Assembly: GCA_965285935.1 (NCBI GenBank)
Contig: OZ260661.1
Coordinates: 100,006,001 to 100,070,000 of the forward strand
Direction of reading: 5' to 3'
DNA length: 64,000 nt
Source: Ophelia neglecta
Taxonomy: Eukaryota
The position numbers were made by a program, and so were the translations under genes. The notes under the pieces are model-generated. The model was not told where the DNA came from, made no database searches, and saw nothing but the letters and a program-made list of their open reading frames with translations. This document shows, one piece after another, positions 24,601 to 38,830 of this stretch (position 1 is the stretch's first letter; each line of letters begins with the position of its first letter).

Positions 24601-27600
24601 GAACGTTGACTCAACACCTTCACGGTTCTCAATATACCGACAGTATAATTAGCAAATCCTGTAATTGGTGTCGTTAATTATATCTTAAAGCATATTCCTG
24701 ATAATTTCTGCTTCCTCATACCAATAAACATTTGAAAATAGACACATTTTAACATATTTAAAATACGATCACCACTAAAACACACACTACCCTCCTGGTA
24801 AAACAGTGCCACCAATATGCCGGCGAGAGCGACTCCCTCCACCGCCAAAGGATTTTCGATGAAGGAGCGTGATATCTTCAGTACTCGGTACACAAAGTTG
24901 TGCTCAGATACACACAGACATAAGAGCTTACACAGACAACAATTAACTGTTATTTCTTGGTAAACGACTGAAGAATATTTGCTCAGACTGCGAGCTCTAT
25001 TGAAACTAGAGATGATAGGTTTTTCTGACAAGATCCTCAGCCGACTACAGAGTTTGGACTGGCAAATATTAGCAGAATCAAGAAATGGCTGGGTCACAGG
25101 CACATAGAACGTTATTAGAACTAGGCTAAAACAACACAACTGATTTACTTTCCGTGAAGGATCAGCTGATTGTCAGGTTGAACACATTTCATTCCCTGGT
25201 AGTATTGTATGTGCATGAAAACAGATCGAGGTGGTTAACACACAAACCTCGGGGTCCAAGTCCAAAAAATGATTGCATGTATTTTCGATGTTACGAATAA
25301 CAGGCCGAAGCAATTCATTTTGAATTGATATTTGTTATAGGTTTATTCATACCTGCAAAAAAGTAAGATGCGGCTGCATATACACTTTATTCTGAGCTAG
25401 ATGTACAAAAAAGTATGCTTCTAGGCCTATATAGGCCTATTGTACATTGTACATAAAATCTCAACCATACCGATTTCGTCATTTATAGGCCTAGTCAGGT
25501 TTCACATAATAAACGTTATAATATTGAAGAGTGAAGCCTAAACTGTTTTATGAATTAACAGAGATTCATTTTGGAAATGCCCGCCCGGCCTTTACAGGCC
25601 CGCGACCGAAATATCCAGGTCAGAAGATATAAAGATGAGATTATAGGCATGCCACAGGGTTGATTTCTGAATAAAATGTGCTGTTCACCCTATAGAAAAT
25701 ATAAGATGAATATTTTGGTCAAGAGTCTTATGACTGACACCAGAGAGTGCGTTGCCCCGCTATAGCCCCCATTTGGCCGGCGGGATATGATATATGGAGA
25801 CTTAAGTGTTTGTACTTCTCTTGGTTAAATATTTGCTTCTTTCAATTAGAGATGCATTTTAATACGGACACAAACTCCATTCAAGACAATTCAGTTGTCC
25901 ATTTGGACGAAATGAAATTTGTAATATTAGGCCCTACACTTGATCCAAAATTCTTCTTCTGTCATCGACACGGTGCCCGTGCTTTTAGGTACAGTTTCTA
26001 AATTTCATTTTCTTGCCATCGTATGATTAGACGAGGAACGAGAGTAGCCGGGATCACGTACAGCTAACATGGCCGACCACCAGATGCCCCGAACTAGAAA
26101 GAAATTGAGTGGCTTCGCTCCGAGGGTAGACCTTTTGCCAATTAAGAGAATCTTAGCAAACAATTCTACCTTCGACCATCCCATCTCAGCAGTTTAATTA
26201 GGTTTTCCTATGCTGCAAAATACCGGACCAAACATGATTTACAATTTTGCCTCTGCTCGATCGAGAGCAGTCGACATTTGCTCCAACTCATATCCGTCTT
26301 GCCGGCAGAATTCAGGAAAACAACGGCCGCACAGCCAGAGCAATTTCCGCCATGATCTCAGCCGCCATATTACGGTTGTCTCAGCAACTGATGTCGTCTG
26401 CATGTCAAAAATAGAGGAAACGCAATATACTTCCCTCCTCATCAGCAAAATTCTTTTCTAATGCAAAAAGATATCCCACCGATCGTGAAATATGCAGCTT
26501 TTCAAGAATTAATTGAGTGAAGTTACTAAGAATTTCATATGCGCCGAAACGCAACTGACAAAACCGTCGAGTAATTTAATGCCCTTTCTTTGGCAATCTG
26601 CAAATTGCGAAGCCACTTGAGGTACAGCACTAATCAATCAAGGCGTCCCAGTCGCTAGAAAAGCTGCTCAAATGATCAGAGGCGATAAACGGTGGCAGTC
26701 TAATTAAAAAAACTTCCCACTCCGAAATGGGTATATTCCTGGCGCTTCAGAATCGATACAACATCGACATAATTCAAGTCTTGACAGTCTTATGAGCAGA
26801 CGACTCCCAAGATAAAACGCCAGCGTTTCGGCTTACAATTTTCTTATTTGTTTTGTTTGGCATGCAAGTGGTATTTCAAGCAGCAAAGAAACAACTCAAA
26901 AAGTGTCTTTATTTATCATAGATATGAGTGCCCAACTAGTTATATGCTTATTACAGTTTTCCTTAAATCGACCCGCGAGGGATGAAGTGTGGTAACAAGT
27001 GTATGCATATTTACCGAAATATCATCTAAGCCCTCGATTTGTTTGCAATTTCTTCAATTAAGTACGTTCTTATCTTCAAATTATCTGTTTGTTTATCCCT
27101 TTTTAGATCAGTTCGATGCAAAACTCTTAAAGAGAATTCCCATGCAGTCCATATAAGTGTAATCTGCAAGGCATATGCCCCTAAGTTGTGCATTTGTTTA
27201 TTTCCGATAAACCATATTAACATTGGGCCAATATCTATTCACCTTTATTTAGCTCTCTTGTTTTCTGCTAACATTCTCAACAACCAATCAATCTGTATGG
27301 TGGCAAAAAAGGACTTGAGGGATTTGTAATATCAGAGAATATGGGGACGATTCTCCATGTTTTTAAGTCTATTATTATGTTTATCGACTCATATTTTATA
27401 TCACAATTTTGCCAACGTTATTTTCTTACTAGCTAGTGATAAAATAGCATTATCTAATTCACAACAATCTGCCCTAGAATATATATTGCGAGTAAAATAA
27501 TGTTTTCACGAAACAAAAACTTCTGGATTTTCCATATCAGAACATATTTAAAAAGTGGAAGCTTTACTAGAAAGTGTATATTAAAATTGAGTTTCCACTC

Positions 27601-30600
27601 ATGAACGACAAGTACTTGGCTTTTATTTATTATTTTTGTTGATGTTCTTTTAACATCAATTCAATTTTAGGTAAACCGACATATCGGTATTTCTGTCATG
27701 CAAGTAAACGACCATTTTGTCTTTTAGAAATTACAATGATGGAACCACTATCCTCGCTGTTTTTATATATGAATCTTTATCTCCCCACTCGTCTTGATTT
27801 CCTTCATTGTTGGAATTTTATGGTGCGAATCTCAATTCGCCTGGTTTATGGGAAATTTATGACCGGCCGGTATGTGCCTGTGCCATCTTTGAAATAATAA
27901 AACTAACACTAGGTAATTTCTAAGTGTTTTATCCGGCTATATCACCGAACTTTGTATTTCAGGAGGCAGGATGCTCGAGAAATGGCGAGTGATTAATGGC
28001 GCACAGCCAGTTTGAAGATGACACACGAAGAGGCGTGGTTGTCAAATTCTCCATGATGGCAGAACATTGGAGAGGCGGCTATGTTATAAATTTGGAAACT
28101 GTCGTCTGCAACGAGCCATTTCGGCGCCAAATCCGGCGATGAGGGGCCAAAATCTGCTGAACAATTACTCTGCAGATGGCAAGAGAAGGTCAAACAGGCC
28201 GTGTTATAAGAGGTAGGCCTAATAGTGTGTGGTTTTTTTATTAGCAGAAGCGTCCTTTCACTTAATAATGAATAAAATAGATGTTGGCTCTGTATAACAT
28301 ATTTTGTTGCCTATGTGATTAACAAGTCCCGAATATGTACAAATAATGTATAAACTATTGAAGATGATAGGACCTCAGAATTGAAAGCAGGCTCCAATCC
28401 TCTTCCTTTCCACGTTCTCCCTTGATCACACACGTAAATCCTGGGGATAAACGTGCACAGTTCACGGCATACGTGATAAAATAATTAAATCGGCGGTTAT
28501 AGTTTCTTAGAAATGGTTGGGAAATTATAAATATATATCGATTTAGGCATATCTTTCATTGACCCAAATAAAACAACAACACCTGTTTATGTTGTAATTA
28601 ATCAATTTCTGAATTACAAGATGTTGGTTTGCTTATCTATTAAATTAGAACCATACTAAGCAGGTGCGTGACCCTGTCAGACTATCAGCGGACATCAAGC
28701 TCTTTGATATATAGGAAATCCGATTACAGTTTTGTCATCCGCAAAGATATTGAACTGATTCAAATGATGCTGATAATTTTTTGCAAAGGTCTCGATCTAA
28801 GGGTGGGGGGGGGGGGTTGTGGTGGTGTGAAAGACGAAGTATTAACAAGAAGTGTTCGCGCGACGAATATATTTTTAATGTGAAGATATGAATTAATGTC
28901 GTCTGAATCCTACCAAATATCTGGAAAAGATTGTATAGAATCAACATTATGTACGTTTCAAGGCAGATGCAATGATATATCATAAGTCTAATGTAACACT
29001 ATGAATATACAACGAGAGTTGTAAGTCCAATTGGAGCTTTCATATAAATATTTTTAAATCAAATTAGAACCCGTTCTACTCTCACAATAAAGACCTAACC
29101 AGGTGGTCTGAATTGTTTCACGGGAAGTTTGGTTTCATGCAGCTGGAAGGCAAATACTTAACAAAATGTAAATATAGGCCCGGTACTGCTGTAAGCTTAC
29201 AAAATCAATTGTCAGGATTTGATTTTGGGCCTTTATTTGAATTGATTTAGACCAGGCACCTAAAGGTCCTTTCCCAACAGGTATAGCTTCTTTGATAGAC
29301 CGTCATGATAAATAATCGTACATTTCCACAAAGATATAAGCCTACACGTTTTCGATAATTTACCACTGAAGTCATATTTGTATTCACTTTTAATCAGGCC
29401 AGTATCATCTGCAGTATACAGTGCTGAATGTAGAAAAAAAATTTTTGAGTAAAAATATGATGCTGAAAGGCGTATCGGTCTAATATAACTGTTGTGTAAA
29501 TCTTGAATTCTCAAATCAGCTTTTGTTTATTCTCAATAGTAACAAGACTCAGATTCGTTCGTTTTAGTGGTAAAATCAAACTGAACCTTCACGGTTCTTA
29601 TTTCGCCAAATATGTATAACGTCCCACCTGTAAGAACTTCGCTAGAAATATACGAAAGTTATAGACTATATATGTGTAAACCAGATTAGTTAATATTCTA
29701 TTTATGAATGCCAGGTCTATTAACCAGTCCACTAGTGTGATCCCTTTGAAAACTTATAAAATATCCATATAGAAGCCGACGGCTACAAATGAGTTGTTCT
29801 GATGTCGTCTTATTAAAACCTTACACACAGGCACGAGTATCGTTGGACGAGGACCACCAGCATTTCGAGAAGATATATGTATTGCAGAATGTTTCTGTCA
29901 GAAGGGTGCATTCGATCGCACGATTATAAACGGTCTCTTATCTCCACCTGTGACTTTGTCTTATTTATGATGTCTAGATCAAAGAAATAGTCATTCTCAA
30001 GTGGCTATTTCAGAATGCAATTTCTTCTCGCGCATTAGTGAATATAAGACCATAATTTGCCCCTCGAGGAGAAAACCGAGCCGTTGATTGCGAGGTAGAC
30101 AAACATCCTCAAGGCCTCTGCTGATAATCCTGGCTTGACGATGATTTTATATCATGCCCATTTATTGTGGGTTAGATTGTGAGAAGTGGTCGCGTAGGCT
30201 CTTAATGGAGGAAGCTAGATGGACAATGGGCTGGGGGCGATATCACAGGAAACCAATATGGCCGTTTGAAGCGGGGCTCTAAGACTGGTAATACTACACG
30301 GCAACCAGACTGAGCTTTCTGGCATCTCTCTACTCTCCTTTGTTCATCAAGACCTACGTCACACACTCACTTCCGGTGAAATGAGGTCAACATGGCGGCA
30401 GGCGTACTTAGGCCTACCATAACGGTGGTAGGGGTCCATTGGCCGTTGTGTTTTAACCTACACTTCTTCAGCTAGCTAAAGTTGGAGGTGTTTCACTCTT
30501 TTTTATTTGACAATGCAACTATATTAATCTCAAAGGTCAAGAAGGTATAACCCGCGAAATTATATTGAACAGGGTCATGGCAGGTCGTTTAGGAATCCTC

Positions 30601-33600
30601 TTCAGAATGAAAAATGAGATCGGTTAATAAGTGCGTCTAGGTTTAAACTTGTCAATGCCCATAGCTTAAAGAGTAAAGAATGATAATGCTTTTAGAAAGA
30701 CTCTCCACAGAAGGAGCAAGCTCGAGGGGCAAGAGTGGAGCTCGCTTATAAAGTAACTCATTGCGAATTTGTTATCTAGAATATATACAGCTACATACGT
30801 CGTGCATTTTGAAGTGTGTATACCTCCTGTGGTACCCATGGCCTTTCCAGGCGTACCGTGACAATAAAGCCAGTTAGCAGGCCTATATTATGATTCAGGA
30901 GTTACCATGATTCAATCTGTTTAAAAGCCTTACCCCGTGTAATATAAGAGACAAACGTATCAAAACGGATTTGTCTGGATCTAAAACCGCACCCCTCTAC
31001 TCTGTGATATGCGGTCCATCCAATCCCAATGCTTTAAAACGAATCAAGAATTTACCAAGACATGTCTATAGGCGTGGCAAATACAGTAGCATTGTTCACT
31101 AAAGCTTTATATTGTCGACGAGGTTACCGCACGGCAAGCCAATGTCCCGGTTTCTTTGCCCGGCTAGAAATGGCATTTTATATTTTTTCTTTATAATCAT
31201 AATAACAGGCCTATAGTGTAGGTTGTTAGGCTCGTCAATTTGTCAAAATGAAACTGTAAGGCCTATATGAAAATGACTCAATTGAGTTTTCTTCTCATCA
31301 ATAATCAGCCACTCTGACATAGTCAGCTCCTGTAAAATAAGCGAAACAGCACACGAGTGACTATAACAAAGCGCGTTAGTCAGGCGAACTGTCGCCCGAT
31401 GATAAGTTGAGAGAGATCAGTCCCCAGTCTGTCGCCTAAATTGATTGTCTAACTCCCTGCATTATTGATGATGTATTACACAGGGTGATGTATTTTTCTA
31501 AAAGCCCACCCGATTGCTTTGGTCCCTGACGCTGGGGTCATAGTAATCCATCATTTATAATCACATAATGTCCAAAACACACACACAAAAAACGCTTCTG
31601 TACCTACTAGCATCTCCGTTCAGGACCTGAACTACCACCGAACATGTCCCTATATGTATATGTCAGATCCACCGAACTAGAATTAAGATGCATATTTGTA
31701 TATCCGATGTTGCAATTTATTCCTTCGGTTTATGTCATAATATCAAAACCTTGTTCAATAATGAACAAATAATATCGAGGGCTATAGACATTTACCTATC
31801 TTATAAGTACAATCGAGATAAACATTGACTTCTCCATATGCCTCCTATATCTACACAGAAGTGAGAGCAAAAGCGTTGTTTGCGAATTGTTCTCCCCTTG
31901 TTTAACTAGACACCCATCCAAGTTTGAGTACACGTGTAAAAGCAATGGGAACACGGTGATTATTGATAATAAATGTTTAATTACACACAGATTAGTTTGC
32001 TGAATACACAAACTATATTTCCTAGTTTTTAGCTACTTAAGACAATCAAGACGGCATTTATTTGTCATCTTCATCATATCAATGTTGCTACATCAATAAG
32101 GTTGCGACATATGTCTACTACTCAACCATGTGAAATCTACTCCCAGCTGTTTACCAAAATTGTTGAAATTGATAATATTTGCCAGGAAACATTGTCGCGA
32201 GTCAGTATACCAAGTTTTTACCTTTGAGCATTCTTCACTGGCTAAGACAAATAAATAAATCTTTACTTCATGCAGTCGTTGTTTGTCTACGCCCTTCAAA
32301 GGACAAAAGGTATAGATTTTAATATGGCATTGCTCATGATAATTCATTATTACTTCTTTAGACCATATCAGTATTAATTTGCATATAAACATTATTATGA
32401 TTTCAAAGAGAGAAAGTGGGAGCGGTAGTAAGAAATGTGGCTTGATGTGTTGTCTGCATGGCAATAGAACTAGAGTCTATGTTTGCTACAATCAATATAT
32501 CAACATATATATTTGATTGCGGGTCTGAACGTACAGGGTGCATTTGTCTGACTTCAAGATGTTGTGCATGATAATACAATTTATTGACATCAATGGAGAT
32601 TCCCTTATCAGGCATAATATTGTAGTACAGCATGGTTTGACTCACATAAGTATAGTATATTCAGTATCTAAGCATGAAGGAATAGTTAACAGTGCTGGTG
32701 GTCGCCTGGCTCTGTTTTTAACTGGCTACTCTTTCGCTTGATATCCCCTGAAATATACAGAATAGCCGCAAAACCAATATTAATTCTATGAAAAGCCATG
32801 TGAAAGAGCCCAAATTAAATATACCATCCATAATCCTGAGCTTACCGCATAAGCATGGCTGTTATAAATAATTTTTTATAAAACCGTGGAGTACCCGGCT
32901 CGGTAAAGTTGGTTGTCCTGATACTATAGACATACAGAATTATAGATATAATATATATATATTTATAATTGAAAATGTCAATTCTAATTTTCTTCATGAA
33001 CCTCTCCCCTAGTCAACCTATTACGCATACCCTGTTTTTTCTACCCTGTTTTTTTATCTACCAATAACATATGTTATAAGCAGAACTATAGTCAAATGCG
33101 TCAGAATGCATCTTGGGATTTCTGCAAAGCTATTTTTCTTGTTTTCAATGGGTCAAGACTTTCTTACAGGTCGAAACTCGGGACATCGGTCAAGACGAGT
33201 TCTGTCGCACCTTCAAAGGCGGACAATCGAAGGCTTTACATCAGAGGAGACTGTACCGAACAATATTTACCTTGTGTGTCAATTACGTGTCTTGAATGTG
33301 GTCAAGAAAGACCCTTTCTTTTTCACCCAGTATGTTGAAATAGCGTGCAAAGACAAGGGTAAATCCGAGAAAGGATATCCGAGAGACAACATCGATTGTC
33401 TTGTAGTACCCAGGCTGTCCCCAACGGAGTCGTCGGATTTCTTTTGTTTGCTCACGTCTCGCGAGAAGACTTTTTTCTCGGCTTTATAGTAACCGTGCTC
33501 TCATAATTGATGATAGTTATAAGCATGACTGATAAGCACTAAGAAGAAACACCCAACGGCGGATAAATGAAACATGAAAGCTTTCCCATAATGCCATTTT

Positions 33601-35720
33601 GAGGATGGTTATAAATTGTACTTGGCAATATTCATCCTAATTCAGTGTCTATATAAACCATGATCATCTATATGGCCTGGGCTATAAATAATTTGTTTAA
33701 AACCAAAAGCAAATTAAATTTAAGATTCCCAAGCATATTAGAAACGGTTAAAGAGTTTGAAAACCGTTCATGATTTCTGCAACCAATACCCCTAACGTCG
33801 CTTACCCGTTTGACGTGTCTCATATATATTTTAGTATGCTAATGTTCCCCTTGCATCGGTGTGCAATATTAAGCCTACGCGAGTTAACCCGTATTATAAA
33901 ATAATATGGGCCTTTTTAGTCGCCTAAATTCAATAGGACTAGCATTCAGACGGACTTGTTATTTCGAATTTACAATCATCAACAAAGCAATAAATATAGA
34001 TGACATTTTATTGGGCTAAAGATGATTCTTTCCTGCACGAATCCAGTAAGCCTCGTGTTTAAGCCAATATTTATAGCGTAGCGCGAAAATAACTAAGCGG
34101 CCTTGGTCTAGTCTATACACGCATTTCAATTTATACCTCAAAAGTAAGCGAATTATTTCAGTGGTCGTTCCATTATGATTAGCACTCAAATCGATTTTCC
34201 CCAGGTTTAGGCGAGAGACTTTGTCGACACGTGGGTGACATTTGATTTAGAACCAATAACCCAAAAGTGATTTCCACCCAAAGGCGTCACTTATGCATTA
34301 TGGCCGTATGAGATTGGTTCCTCAAAAGCTTGAGAATTTCGAAACAAAAATTTGGCTTAGACAAAGCAAGCAATCTTCCGGCAAAATAGCTTATAAAGTC
34401 TTCTACATTCAGCAGGCATTTCAATCTACGGGTAAAAAATGGCTTATAATGGAACGGGTAATGGATTAGATTCATAAAAGGGGGTCGGGTTTCGCCATTA
34501 CAAGCGCTATCGGACCACCAAGAGACTTTCCATTAATTTTCCAATACGAATGGTCGACAGAGCATCGTAAAAATACAAAGAAAAAAGCACTAAAATAATT
34601 GTTTTATTGGAGCACTCCCATTGCAACGTCTGGATACAGATAGCATAGCTGTTTTGATTTGTTTTGCACATTTTTTAGCACTATGGTGTGTGGTAAAAGG
34701 CCTACAACTTCGCTAAATGGCTTTTCATGTAGCCTTCCATTAGCCGAAAAAGTCAATCATTCTTAATCCATACAATTTAACCCCAAATGAAAATGATCCG
34801 TTGGGCTCGTATGAGATAAGAATGTAAGTTAACTGACTGATTCATTTCAGCCGACATTGCTAGGGGGACTCAGAAGTTAGGTCGAGTTCCTTCATGGTTA
34901 AATACATCTCCTCCAGTTTGTAATCCGAATTGAGTTCCCGTTGACCTCTCGTCTCCTAGCGGTTATCCGAACTCGAAATTTGTTCTATTTCAAGAGCATA
35001 AAGACACTTGGTGAAGCGATCAGTAAGCCGGTCACGGCTCAGACATGAGACGGCATATTTGGATTATCCGACAAGCACACATGCTCGTTATACTGCTGAC
35101 ATATACTTGTCATAACGGCACACGATGTGAAATCTAAACTGTCGGGTGTGACGTCCTATTAAAATCGGATGTCCAACTTCTTTAGAAAATATCGCTTAAA
35201 ATACAACTGACAGCTAATCACATGAACATAAATTTGCATTTTGATAAAGCAGTTGTCATTTTTTTCCACTACTGGAGTGTGCTCGAGGTGGGCCCCATAC
35301 CTCGGCATGCCCGTTAGGATGATTAAATGATTTATTAATTACCTACCTGATAATGCTTTCTAACGGGCTTTAGTTGATTACCGTGGGAGGTACCATGTAT
35401 AGGTCTCTTTATGTGGTTTTTAGAATGGGCTATCGGCCTATTTGTAAGTTGTACCTTTAACCCTCGGGCAAAGTAGTGATCGACTTTACGGCTTTTAAAT
35501 AAGCATTGAACAAAATGAACATCGCAAGCAACTGACAAATGAAATAGTGTGAAGATAAAAGGGTTGTAGGCCTATGTCTAAAATTTGTATTTCGCAGTAG
35601 AATCTGTGCGGAAAAAAAATTGATTCTAAAAAATTCTGCAAGATACATTGCTCACATTAGGCTTCGATTAGTTAAACTATCTTCTTCTAACTTTTCGAAA
35701 TGGGGACTTTAGTTTGTCGA

Positions 35721-35748
35721 TACAAGGTTACAAGGTTACAAGGCTACA
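35721..35748 (+). repeat. 8-bp tandem repeat (TACAAGGT) x3.5
   Basis: tacaaggt tacaaggt tacaaggc taca. Confidence 0.85.
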
Positions 35749-38438
35749 GAATTATAGGCCTACTCTTCTCTCAGAAATATCATGTGTATAGGGCTCACAT
35801 ATTGCTGATCATTATTTCTAACCACGCCTTTAAGTTTGCTAATCATAGTTGCAGTTTAATTCGAATTAATACATATTAATATGGCATCAGCCATCAGCCA
35901 TGCATGCTTACGAGTGTTAATTTTGCCTCCGTAATATATGAATCGGGATGTACATGGAGTGGCCACTCCACCTCTGATGCCCAGACCTATAAGGGTTGAT
36001 ATAATGATATCATAATGAAAAACTAATGGCTTCGTTTTCCGATCGTCAATAATCTATGGTCTGTTTGGTACCCCCACCCCCAAACCCCCACCCCACCCCT
36101 AAAAAACAGTCGGCACGATCTGGTAGAAGTGTCTTGATATTTCCTATATATATTTTCGCGAATCGCACTGCTATCAGACATTGTCGGTTTTTATTTTCAA
36201 ATGGACCTATAATAAAGACTAATGCTACAGCAACCTTTCTTCATGGTTTACACATTTCATCCGATAAGTATTTATTTGCAGTTTGTCAATATTTAGGTCT
36301 AGACTAAAGACCTACTATACTCTAGGATAGTATTTGGAAAATAATTCTGTGTACCGATATTTGATTCTTAAAAAAAATTGAAGAAGGTTGTATTTCACTA
36401 GAAGGCCTAGGCTATTATTTGATAGGTAATTATGTGTCGGGCAATGTAAAGTTTGTCGTTTCTTATCGGTTGGTCATGTGTTGCTAGTGGATGGCTAGTG
36501 AATTGTAAGGTTAGCGCCATGATATATGATTCTTTAATAAAACTTTAATCGTAAACATAAATATTATTGTGATAGCAGTGAGATAGGACTTTGACTTTAC
36601 TAGTATGGTATAGCCTATAGAGTTGTAAACGCTTATGATACAAAATGAGAGGCATGTCTGTGTTTGAAACAGTGTTTAGACCTTAACGCTAGATATATTT
36701 AGCGCAGTCTAGTTTTATTTTATGCAGGTTTTTACTGTACATGTTATCTTATCATATATTTCATTGTACATATATATTTTTTATAGTGTGCACGCAGGTA
36801 TCATGTAAAAAGTCTTAGTGGCTGTGCACGGCGGCAGCTGGGTGAAAGCATCAGCGACATTGGCGGAAAAAATACTATCCTTGATATTATTATTATCATT
36901 ATTATTTATAAACGCTCGTCAATAACAATATAGTGGCATATAAATGTTAATTACAGCTATTTCTATATCCCCGCGTGAATTATACAAAAAATAAACAGTT
37001 TATATTTTATTTTCCACTGTTCTTCTTGTTGACGATAGGCGCATCATTTGGATAAGGCCTATAAGAATTGTCTAGTTTTGTTTTTCGTTCAACTCAACTC
37101 ATGGCAAACGCCAAGCAAAGCATAGTCATCACGATTTAAATTCTGACAGCTTAACGCCCTCTTCTAGATTACCAGGAAAATTTAAAAATTGAAATAAATA
37201 ATTAAATTGATAAAAATCGTATCCTAGCAACATTAGTTACAATTGTTTAGATATCTAGATCGATAGATGTAGATATTCATTGCGTTTTATTAGATTTCCG
37301 GTGTTAATTTGCTGCTTGTGTCAGCGGTTTTCAATCCAATAACGTACAGCCCTCGGCAGATCGGTTGCGACCTTACTCGGGATCAGGGTTCCTTTTGGTC
37401 GAACCTGCGGGTCGCGACCATGTTGTGTTCGGGTGATTATATGGTTTACAATGGTCCAAACCGACGGAGAACCCGAAAGCGCCCGTGCCTGCCTTGTGCG
37501 ATCTACATTCAGTGTATTAATTTGTAAACCATGGCTGTTATTGGTCGGCTGGTCTGTACCTTTTATATGTGTCGAGGTCGTCTTTCTTCTATATACTCAT
37601 ATCGTGCCGAGCATTCTTCGGCTCTCCTCGGCAATCTCCGCCCTCGGAGTGGCATCCATAGATGTCAGAGCAGTCACCTCATTGGCAGAAGCAGCTCTGA
37701 CAGGTCTGAATGTGCAAATACCGTCTGCACCATTCTCCGACCATTGATATATGGACCCGGACGATATCTATTAACATATATATAACATATATATGGACTA
37801 TGATTCAGACTGTGCTAGGCCTATATTATGACAGTATTTTCTGTATCTTAGGGAACCATATAGCTTAGCGAAACCATGCAGTATACACCGTATTATATAT
37901 AGGCCTATACATATGTATAAGCCCTTCTTGATAAGCCAATGTTAGCAAGTCGACCGTGCTATTAGATTTGAATATGATCGGTAATTTTTTAACTGTGAAG
38001 CCTCTTAAACTTGTCAATAGTATTTATGCCAGCAAATACTGAAGCCCGATTTGTGGTTCTTGCCGAAACTCCTCGCATAAGGGATATGTTTATTTAAATA
38101 TTATAGTGGATGGTTATAGCAAATTATCTAGTCCTTTTCTTGTGTGTCGATTAATAGGCCCCAAGAGATATAGCGTACAGCAGCTGGGTGGAAGATGTCT
38201 GCCTATATCTATATATCGCTCCACTCTTTTTCACTCAATTTTACAATTTGAAATCTTAAGAAACTGAACAAGAAGCTAATGTAATGGGTATTATCGAACT
38301 AAGCATTGTAATAATTATTGGTTCATTTGCCAACTTGCAATGCATTTTAAAGGAGTGTTGTTGCTTAAAAAGTCCAAACAACCACCATAGGATGATTTCA
38401 TTTCCTTTATAAATATATAGGGGTTATAGATTAGATGT

Positions 38439-38830
38439 TGGCCTGTAGCCGGGGTCACGTCGCGTTAGTCGGACGACCCCCCAGTCCCCCCCCCCCCACA
38501 CAAACACACACATATACCCCAGACCACTTCCCACCCAAAAATGACCCCCCCCCCCCCCCCTTCACCATCCTATGGCCAAAACGTGAAACTGCTGTTTAGG
38601 CTAAATAAAGTACAAAAAAATTTTACTGAAAAAGGATCTCTTCACTTCACTTCATTCAATTATATGAGGACGAGTATGTCACATCCTGACCCCCCCCCCC
38701 TCCTCCCCCTCCCCTTTCTGGGTTTATCTAGGTTTTGTTTAAAAACATCCACAAAAAAATCTTAAAAAAGACCACCACCACCCCCAACCCACACCCCCAC
38801 CCGACCTCAGAAGCCCAGGCTACGTGCTTG
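38439..38830. mobile_element. Probable degenerate non-autonomous DNA transposon (MITE) of about 390 bp with internal poly-C tracts
   Basis: Imperfect terminal inverted repeats GCCTGTAGCCGGG (left) and CCCAGGCTACGTGC (right; reverse complement GCACGTAGCCTGGG), enclosing several C-runs. No ORF and no clear TSD. Confidence 0.5.

Noticed and set aside
24616-29598. 14-bp match ACCTTCACGGTTCT at 24616 and 29585
   Set aside because: Similarity does not extend; a few 14-mer matches are expected by chance in 64 kb.
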